A DNA stretch of 61,900 nt, counting the filler, from Choristocarpus tenellus KU-1152 (lineage: Eukaryota; Protista; Phaeophyceae), in assembly GCA_964200185.2 (NCBI GenBank). It is 11 parts of 11 records of this genome, joined end to end, with 100 filler letters (N's around TTAATTAATTAA, not from the genome) between each part and the next. Parts side by side here need not be neighbours in the genome. Positions count along the whole stretch, not along the records: positions 52,116 to 55,147 come from CAXNAD020022808.1; positions 55,248 to 61,900 come from CAXNAD020007648.1; 9 more parts are not named here. One strand, written 5' to 3'. Shown piece by piece: positions 52,180 to 61,900 of the stretch. The position numbers and the translations under genes are program-made. The first letter of the stretch is position 1. Every line of letters starts with the position of its first letter. The notes under the pieces were generated by a model. It was not told the DNA's origin, ran no database searches, and saw only the letters and a list, made by a program, of their open reading frames with translations.

Positions 52180-55147
52180 ACTGTTTCCATAATAGCTCAT
52201 TATTACTGATCCTACTATCACAGCTTCACCTCCTCTACCTGTGAGCTCCTTCCCCCACCTTCACACACGGCCTCAGGGGATGACTTATTGGAGATCTTGA
52301 AAAGGCCGTTGGTTGCAAATTCTCTCTTCGGAGGGATCTATTACTCAGAGACAAGCGCAAAGATAATGGTCAACTTATTTCGTAAGTTGCACAGAACCCC
52401 CTTCGATGGACAGCCTGAACTTGGGGGCGGTGTCCAGGGGAAATTGATCGTTGCCTACCCTGCAAAGGAGAGTGCGCGAGGTCGAATTAGAACGCGAGCG
52501 CGCCTCACCATAGAACGCCTCAAGTTCAAAAGCAAAACTATAATAAGGAAAAAAAATGTTTCGCCTATGGTTTGAAACAAAAGAGTGGGAACGACTACAG
52601 AAATAAAAAAGAAGATAGTAGTGAGGCGGAAAATGAGAGTTATGAAGGGACGTCCTTGTCACTCAGTAGTGGACGAAAAAGAGATAAAGATTGTGGAAGG
52701 AGGAGAGTCTGGAGGAATGTACGTTTTTGCAGCACCTCACGGGAATTCGGAACTGTAGGACATGGGAGGGGTACAACTGGGAATTGATGGGAGCAATTTA
52801 TGGTTGAAACTCATTGACTGGGGTTGTAGGTGACCCAACCTGAGCAAGGTCATAGACCCAAGAGTTGGACAAGAAGCAACCATAGTGGTAAATTATTCTG
52901 CCACGGGGAAGTCCAAGGACAGAACCAAGGAGCTGGTGAATGAAATTTTGGCGAAGAAGAAGAGGGGGGGGGAGTGAGAGATGAGGAAGCAATAGGAGAA
53001 AGGGAAGTGGACAAAAACTCAAGTTTTTTAAGGTGATTAAGAGGGGAGGTTGGAGAGAGAGAGAGAGAGAGAGAGGAGGCTGAAGGAGAAATGAGGGGAG
53101 AGAAGGGTGGGGGGGGGGGAGGATTTACACCAGGGAGAGGATCAAGAATGGGAGGAGCAGCAGCACGCAGGAAGGAGAGAATACATTCTACATGGACATC
53201 TTGAACAGACTGGGGATGGATAACCAACAGGACCAGGACAACGTCACAGAGTCGCTTAGGCAAGAAGTCATGAGGCTCATTAGGGCTACTTCAGGAACCC
53301 TGGAGGGGGTTGACCAGGAAGAAGAGACATTTGTTCAATATGAACAAGGAGGAGGCAGGTAGCAGGTATTTTCCCTTTTCAACAGGATCTGGCAACAACC
53401 AAGGCGAATGCGACTATTCGGGGAAAAGAAGAGATGTCTAGCATGCCATGGATTGGACTACTAATAATTCGAGGTGTAGAGTGTACAGGGCGACATCCTT
53501 AAACGAGGCGAGGACGATACTAAAGGGTACTATTCTGGATGAGCGTGGCCCTACTTGCCACCAAGTAGTGACCACGACCAATTTTGATGTGAACTGCTTC
53601 AGGTACCCTTCCTCCTGGGATCAGAGTTATGTGTGAATCGGGTAATGGTGGAAGTTTACCAAAGTTCTCGCTGCTAGTAGTGTAGGTGGTGGAGATTCAC
53701 CTTAAGGCCAATCTAGGGGAGAGAGATAGAAGATCAAGACCAACATGGGAGTCTTCTGAACAACCTCCAACAACATAGCCACAAGGTTGTCTGAATACAC
53801 GTCTGCACTGAATGATTGGAGTCTTCCATACAAACTTGAGAAATCTGGTGAAGCTGAACACCGAGCTTAGTGTCAGGATTAATCGGTATTTGTAATTATG
53901 TGGAAGGATGTAGGCTTAGCAGTGAGAGGGATACTGATAAGCATCACAATGCAGAAAATAAATCGACCCCTAACACCCAGGCATAAATGTGAAGGCTTGT
54001 ATACCATGAAAGGAGAACAAATGGTCATCCACCAGTGGAGAGCAATAAGCTGGGGAGATGTTATGTGTCATGGTGGTGGGAAGACTAAAGGGGGGGCAGC
54101 CAGAAGAAGCTATGGTTCAAGTACGGAGGAGGGGGAAGCGGTAACACACACATTGTACCCAACTTCCGTTGAAAGGAAGGGCCATGAAGCAGCCAGTAAG
54201 GATGGAGAACAGAAATGTGGCCCAAAGCATCAAGAGTAGGTTCGAAAAGGTATCAAGTACTGTGTGCTCAGTCGTTCGTAGGGGAGACATGTGCATGTCG
54301 GAAAAGTTAGGTGCAGATTTAGCCATGGCATTTCAAAAAAGTGGAGGAAGAGACCACCTGCAGCATCTGCAGCAGCAGTACGTTTGGGGGCAGATCACAA
54401 CCAGGGTTTGGCTTCACGACTACCCTTGCCGAAGCATGTGGGCTCCGCAGATCGGGACTCTCCACGAACGGGTCCTGGTATGAGAACGGACAATGGTTCC
54501 TTGCACCTATGGGAAGTAATCAAATTCCTCCACCTCCCCCAAACCAATTACACCACAATGTTGATTTTCAGCAATTGTGCAAGGTGGCAATGGATGGGGT
54601 CACGAACGGAGGGCGAGGTAGAGGGAGGGATGGAGCACAGCAGCAGTATTACAGGATGGGATGGCAGATTTGGTACCCAGGGTCAGACAAGACGCACTGA
54701 GGGAGGAGATGAGGAGCGGATAGAGAGAGATGAAAGGAGAACGGCAGAAGGCAGGCACAAGGAATAACCTAGGGCGGCAAAGGTGGATTCAAGTCAAACA
54801 TTATCACTGATGTCCCAGCCCCAGGGAAACATACTATTGTCTGTAAGAACAAGTGAATCGATAGGAGAAGGGGACCATGAACCAACAAAAAAAACGGTCT
54901 CTCATCTCCCAAAGGCTTGATGAGTACTGAGAGAGAAGGGAGGAGGAAAGTGGGGATACACAAAAGAAGCTTGATTCGGTTGAAGGACCAATGCAATGCG
55001 CCTGTCCAGTAGCGACGAAGGAAGATAAAGACGCATTGCAAAGGACCAGTCCACTAGGGACCAAGGAAGACGAAAGATGGGGGCCATGTGCCGGTCCATC
55101 ATTGCTTAAAGAAGCAAATAAATGACCCAAAGTATCTGTGGGGGGAG

Positions 55148-55247
55148 NNNNNNNNNNNNNNNNNNNNNNNNNNNNNNNNNNNNNNNNNNNNTTAATTAAT
55201 TAANNNNNNNNNNNNNNNNNNNNNNNNNNNNNNNNNNNNNNNNNNNN
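55148..55247. other. Artificial contig linker
   Basis: N44-TTAATTAATTAA-N44. Confidence 0.98.
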
Positions 55248-58200
55248 TTTTTTGGTCTGCCTGATCCTCTCTTCCTGATTGAAACAGGCAGTGAGAAGGA
55301 CTGATCATGAGTATGTCAGGTGTTAGGCGATGAGGGTGATAGCTGTGGATGGAGCAATGTGAGGTAAGATGTGTGGTCTGGTTCTGTAAAGGCTACAGGA
55401 ACGTGGATGAGGAGTGGTCACGAGAAAATCGAGATGCAAAGGAGGAGGGGATGCTGCATAAGTGTAGTGGTGGCAACATGCAGACATGGTGAATTGCAAA
55501 TATCTTCATTTCCAGGTGGTGTGCCAGCACAAGGACGGTATTAGGGAAGTGGAATTGGAGAAATGGCCAAATGAGAGGATGCGCATGTTAACATTAAATG
55601 GTGGACCAAATAGGTTGGTACGATACAAGGAGGTTCACTTGTGAAAACGTTTGTGATCAGCTTGTTTTGTGAAGTATATGGGAAATGGGTGGTGAAACTA
55701 GATATTGAGACACAAAAGGAAGCATTAAATGCCTCAAAAATGGCATGTATCAAGTGAGTAAATAGCTGTGAAAGAAACTGGCAATGTGTTACAAAATGCT
55801 CTGCACATTTACCATGACAGGTTATGCAACTCCACTCCAGAAGGTTATATGTAGACGATCATGGTCGCAGAGGGTGCCATACAGGAAATGTAGTCAAATA
55901 TGCTGGATCTATCACTTCGATTATTCACTTCGTAGCTTTCTTTGGGGTACAGATAGGACCAAAGAACTTATTCATTGCCAAATGTGTGGCTTCATGACTA
56001 AATAATAAATCTAAAGTCACTAAGAACATACAAAATGTAGGACTTCAAGGTCATAATGGTGCTTATTTAAACCACGAAGTCGTCTGTGACAGATGCATGT
56101 GAATAATTGAGGATATATGGACAGCAGTACGAAAATTTGCGGTATAATTAAAAACGCTAATTTGATTTCACCAACTGCCAATCCCCCAAATACCAAGACT
56201 AGTTTGAGACAAATAGTATTTGTAACTTGGCAGGTACCTATTTCGGGGCGGGTCATGTGTCTCAAGGTATAGACACTGCCGAGACAGGCACCAAGGACCT
56301 TCCAGATTCTTGGTATTCTTCCCTTCCCTGCCCACATTCGTAGGGCTAGGCTGGAGGCGTACTAGTGCATACTGGTTCTCAAGGAATAATTTAGCAAGTG
56401 ACCTTGTTGTACTACTGCTTGTACAATTTCTTAGAAATATGTATGTTGAAAGTGATCAATCTCTAATAATAATTTTTTGTAGGCTTGATCTTGGTCTTTT
56501 TCCCTCCCCTAACGTATCTATAGAATGTCAGGGATTAAAGTAATATCATTTCGTTAATATCCAACGTGTTGTTGATGGGAATCTCCGATTTCTCCTGAAA
56601 ATCGGCACCCTACCGATTTTTCGGTTGTACTGTTTAGTCTGGGTACTATGGCACAGACCTTTTGGGTGGAGAAACAGTGACTGGGGGAGGATGTCCAGAG
56701 GTATTCTCTGTAGAGGTCATGTCTTGTTTGGGCTGCAGGGAACTCATCTGGGAGAGAAGTAATGTGGTGGTTTGTGGTGTCAATTTGGTGTTGTGTCTTT
56801 TTTGGTGGATGTGTTTGTGTGAGGATGGTTTGGGGGTGGGGATCCTCCACCGTGAACCCAATAAGAAAAAACTTACATAATATTTTTTTGATGAAATATG
56901 TTTCATTTGACGACCTGTCAAAAGAAAATGTGTACTGATCAATGGATAATATATAATATGTTTGGAACAATTTGGTTTGCGCTTGATGGAAGGAGGAATT
57001 GAGTATCATATCTTGATGAAACAATTTATTCTTTTGAGGATTGACTTGTTGAATGAACCTTATTGGACCACTTATCCAATATTGTTGAAACTTCTATCGT
57101 TCTTGCACGATTATCGATATGTGATTGGTCACTTCAACAGAATATCTTGATTGTATTCTATGTACCTTCCAAGACTTGCAATTTCTGCGCTAACCGCCCC
57201 AACTATGATGGTATCGTTGAAGATACAGTTTGTTTAAACAGTACGCACAATAATATAGTAAGTACATTTTGGCTAAATAGTACGCACCACATTAATTCAG
57301 ATATAGAAATATTCTTATATATTCAGAATGAGACAAAAACAAATATTCTATTCAACATTATAGTTTGAAGTCAAAAGCGTTTGTAAGAAGTCCGTTACCA
57401 ATAGTCCGATATAAATCCAGGAAATCAAATAAGCCATCAAATATTTTGGAATTGGAACTATAGCTAGAAGGTATGAAGACAGTGTTGAAATTGCGTTTGA
57501 AAATATTGAAACAATATACCATTCAAACAGATATTGAGGAATTCTAAGATTCAAATTATTTTCTCTGCTTCTCAATGTTTTGTATTATATGTTCGGGTCC
57601 TTCACGACTACTACATCATAACTTAGTATTTAGAGTAGTAGAGAAGGGAACATGTTGATTCGTAGTAATATTGATACCCACATTCGAGATAATGCCCGAT
57701 TTCCAGCTAGAAGAAACATCGGGGTTTCAACAATTTTTGACTTTTCACCAACAAATGTGAGGGTAGAGAGTTGTGAGAGTGGTTCACGTGGATGTTAAGA
57801 GCTGTCAGAGCAGGTAAGCTGGCCTGGGTATCGCTACTCACCAATCACTCTCATAACTTTGGGAACTAGTGACTGTAGAATGACGAGGGGAGACTAAAGA
57901 CTGGGGTGCTACTGCTGACTGGTGACTGGTGACTGGAGATTGGAGATTGCGTACATGAACTTCGATTGTTGAACAGGGTGCATTCGTCGGCAATGTTGTG
58001 GAATCTCCTGACCTACTTCAAGGATCAAGCAGGATCTGAGAGAGGCCTGTGAGTGAAGAGCAAAGGCGGAGCAGCGACTTAGAGAGGTGAAAAGTCTCGA
58101 TCAAGACTGCAACACCCTCCAGAACAGCATTGACTCCCTTCATTCTGAAAGAGGCTGTACCAGCAGACCGTCCAGGCCATGATGCAATAGTCACAACTTT

Positions 58201-61200
58201 ATTGTTCTGGTCGCGTTCCTGAGAAGTTAGCAACAACTAAAGACCCGCAAGTACAAGGTGCAGCAGCTGATGAATGTATATCTTGTTTGAAATATGAGAG
58301 CTTCAACCCCACTCCCCTACGTCCTTGCAAGCTGTGCGATGTGTGATACGCATATACCCAACAGTCAGCAATCGTATTTCCATTGTCTTTTATGGTGTAG
58401 TAAGTGGCGCCACCTCTTTTTGTACCATGTAATTCCTTTAGACATACTACAACATAGCTCTGTGGCTAAGTCAGTGGTGAGTTGTCTCTATTTGTAGGAT
58501 TAGGGAGTGCATGTTCTTCTTGTTCCTCGTTTTGGGTCTCACTGAGCCCACTTAATCATAAACCCCTTTTTTCTCTGGTACTGCCCTTGATAAGCCGTAA
58601 CCACCATGCCTCCATATTGTACCTCCTTTCTTTTTCCGAACAGGTTCGCTAGACACTGCACTGCAACTCCAGAGCGTATGTGCAGATAGGTGCTCTTAAG
58701 AGGATACGTTTTTCCGCCTTCACCTACTCACTCCCCACATTCAAGTGGATTGCTGTAAGGGCAAGAGAAATGCACATATGATCAAAGAGATCCCGAGAAG
58801 CAGGAACAGGAGGAAGAGGATGACGTTGAGTTGGGCGGGGGGGGAGGATTTCCAATTGCTGCGGAGATGTTAATCCTCGTAGAGGTCAAGAGTGTTGGTA
58901 TGGTCTTCGGCAAGATTGATGTACCGAGGATACTTGACAGGCCTAACAAAAAATTTCCAGCACTACTATTTACTCATACACTTCAATTTTAGGATGAGCT
59001 TTCTCGGGAGGAGGATGAGATCAAGGCCAAGTTTGTCAGTGAGGATGTGTCCATGGTGAGTACCTTTTTTTACGCACCAATAGGATGATTTTTTTTTTCA
59101 CTGACTACGCAACACGTGTTCTCAGCCCACATCACATGAGACAGTTACAAAGTCTTTCTAAACTCATGTTGGAACAAGAAAATGAACACATTTGGTAAGT
59201 ATGTTTTGCTTTTTTGTTTGCATGTTAGAGACGACCAGATTTTGCACGTGCTTTTTCAATCTCACAACACACACTTGGTTACAGGTCCTGTTCTATTTTT
59301 TTCTACAACATAGAACTTGATTTATGAAGGCCTTTACGGTGCAGTGCTGTGCATGCTGAAATGAGCCAATTTTTCTTTTGATCTACTTTCAATCGGTGCA
59401 CGAGAACAACACCACACACACACTGTGGCTAATTGTTCGGCACTATACCCACCCCTCCCTCAATTTCTTGTAAGGGTACACTTCTAACAAGGTTCTGGAT
59501 ACTCCAGAGGAGGAGGTCAAGGGTGTGATGCTCATGGAGACCTGTAACAAGGGGAACTCAAGGCACCGAGATTAGATATCGCTTCAAGGCCTCACGGTTG
59601 GGTCTGCCACCATAAGGATTGTGGCAAAGGCAGTGTTGAAAGAGTTGGAGATTTCTGTGAGGTTGCCGTATTGAAGCGTTTGGCATTTTTGAGTCGCAGT
59701 CTCCTAGAAAAATGAAAGATGGCAAGGAGTTTTTGGTGTGTGCTGAAGGCATGATCAACGAGTTTGGGGATTTGTTCGAGTACTCTCCTCCAACTGTATC
59801 GGATATCACTAGTAGTATACATTTAGAGTGAGAATACAAGTGTTATTAGAATACGATTGTATATGAGAATAAATTCGGGTTAAACAACTAATAACTCTTG
59901 TGTTCTCACTCTCCTATCCATCTATTCGTATACAAAAACAAATATGAGTTAACCAACTAATAACTGCATTATTCTCTCTCTACATGTATACTACTAGTGA
60001 TATCTGATCCGGTTGGAGAAGTATTCAAATACCCTCGCTATGTCCTCCTGTTGTGGATGAGTATGCCCTTGAAACTTGAACGGCAGTTTGAACTCCCTCA
60101 GTGCATGAGGTCCAGCATCACCAAGGTTTTTTTACTCTTTTTGGGTGCTACAAAACCCCAGTGTGGCAGGGACACCAGGGATGTAAAGGTGGACGGGGGT
60201 ATAGGACAAGAATCACACCATCCGAGTAGACTGAGCGGAGGCATGGAAGTCATGCTTTCTTGACAATATGTGGAATTTTGAGTTCTTGATGATCAGCAGA
60301 GAACGAGTGTAAGATGGACTATACTCTAATGTAATCAACGAAGCAAGCATTGACATAGTTTAGCATCACTCCTCCATAGAATGTGAGAAGGGTTTTCACA
60401 TATGAACTACATTGCAATCCTGAATACAGAATTTTCTCTCGAGACGAACCTATTCCCCCCTTCGCCTGATTGTGCTGAGACACTCTGACTGTGCTGTGTT
60501 TTGAAATGTGCGTTAATTGATACTTACTGGGAGAGAGTTTTTTTTATTGCATATTATTGAGATGTCATTGTTTTTTTTGTTAATTGATTCAAGTCTTGAG
60601 TTGCCAACAGGGGAGTATCTTCTTACACGAGTTTATGATGTTTTGATCCAGGAGGTTATTGATCTCACTTTGTGGTTATAGCAGGGGAGTGTGCTGTGCT
60701 AGTACTACCGAAGACTTGTGTGGCCGATTGGCGGTGCAATCGAATGGTAATTGCCTTCACCCCACATGTGGTTGTGATGGGTCGTACTGGTTTTGCAGAC
60801 TATTGGTTAGCCCTGAGAGGAGTCTAACTGAGCACCTGTCCCTGCCATAAAATAATTTCAGTGGTAGCGCCTTCAACCTCATTCCATGCTTGCGGATGAC
60901 ACCTGGTCTGCCAGGCTCTCAACTCTCGTAAGAGCCTGACCTCCGACTCTCACTGGTTCTAATGGTAACGCCATAAGGAACTTTCTAGGATCCCTTGGAG
61001 GTAGAATCAGAATTGATATCCTTCTATTTCCTGCTATATGCCTCTTTGATCCATCGATGAGTTTTGGTCCCATCCCGCGATCTTGGACATTTCGACTGTA
61101 TTGGCCCTTCTGGTGAGATGAATTCCCAGTGACCAGGACATGACCGGTCTCATTGCAACGGCCAAGGCTGACTTGGGGGAGGAATATTTATTGATGGAAC

Positions 61201-61900
61201 TAAGAAGAGGGATAGACCCAAAAAGAACAGTTCTGATTCTACAGGGGTTTTTTTTTTACCAATGTTTTTATATGAAGCATCTAGCTCGATGGGCCATAAA
61301 CTGTTGCAAAAGAAATTGGATTCCGTCAACTAAAAACTTGAAGGTCAAACTTCGAATGCTTATTCCCCTCTCCTACTCTTGGGTGAAATGAAGTCGTTTA
61401 CACTTATGCTAAGTCCATCAACCTCTGGAGGTAGTAGCTTGTCTCGGCTTTGGCTTTGGCATGATTCAAACCGAGGAGTAGTCAGGGTTGCATTCTGATG
61501 ACCCTGAGGAAGGGCAAAAAGATGTAAATTTGTACAATTGCATAAAGAGTCTGCTGAATTGCGGTGTCGCTTTGTTTATTTGTGTGTGGAAAGGGGGAGT
61601 CTCAACCTTGTGTACACTGTTGCGCATATGAAGTAATGAAGTAGAGTGTCTTGAGCAGGGTGAGAAAGACAGCTTGGAATGCAAAGGGGTCCAAACCTGC
61701 CTACCTCTCGGTTGGTTTGCCTCGCATAGTGTTTACAAAAGCACAGGTTTCCTGTGAGGGGTTGAACGCAGCTCGAAGTGAACCTTTATCTTTCCTATGC
61801 TCATGTTATGTGTTCAGTCCTTATGCTTCCCTTGTGTGTGTTGAAACCTTAATCGAATGCATTGTATATGATACATAGACTACGAAGGAAGAGGAATCAT

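Noticed and set aside
52180-55120. LINE ORF1-like remnant
   Set aside because: It is purine-rich and intronless with broken frames, but I could not confirm a diagnostic domain.
57790-59800. Exon-like segments (e.g. 58993-59055 DELSREEDEIKAKFVSEDVSM) as an intact gene
   Set aside because: Splice signals are present, but neighbouring segments contain stops or phase conflicts. It may be a decayed gene or TE and cannot be named.
61495-61520. Hammerhead-ribozyme-like CTGATGA-stem-loop
   Set aside because: It is followed by CAAAA rather than GAAA, and I could not find stems I and III.

Overview
This is eukaryotic nuclear DNA from a fragmented draft assembly, not a prokaryotic locus. Eleven short contigs are joined by ten identical artificial 100-bp linkers (N44-TTAATTAATTAA-N44), so adjacency across linkers is meaningless. 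Many short GT-AG exons, a DnaJ with a bipartite signal+transit presequence, TTAGGG repeats and the transposon types point to a photosynthetic stramenopile, probably a brown alga or close relative (inference). Genes rebuilt by hand from phase-consistent splice sites: a 9-exon type I DnaJ (-), four exons of a carotenoid-cleavage-oxygenase-like gene (+), the UHM-domain end of a PUF60/SPF45-like splicing factor (-), five exons of a DUF389 membrane protein (+), a complete 6-exon secreted thioredoxin-fold/B-lectin-like protein (+), and two low-confidence orphan genes. Much of the rest is transposon debris: two Tc1/mariner elements, a PIF/Harbinger-like MITE family, an intron-containing Sola-like transposase pseudogene interrupted by one of those MITEs, a Gypsy chromovirus remnant and an LTR pair around a gag remnant. 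I found no CRISPR, rRNA or tRNA, and no multi-gene novel system can be supported. The best leads are single proteins: the CCD-like protein with a substituted iron-ligand His and second-shell Glu, and the secreted Trx-fold/degenerate B-lectin fusion.
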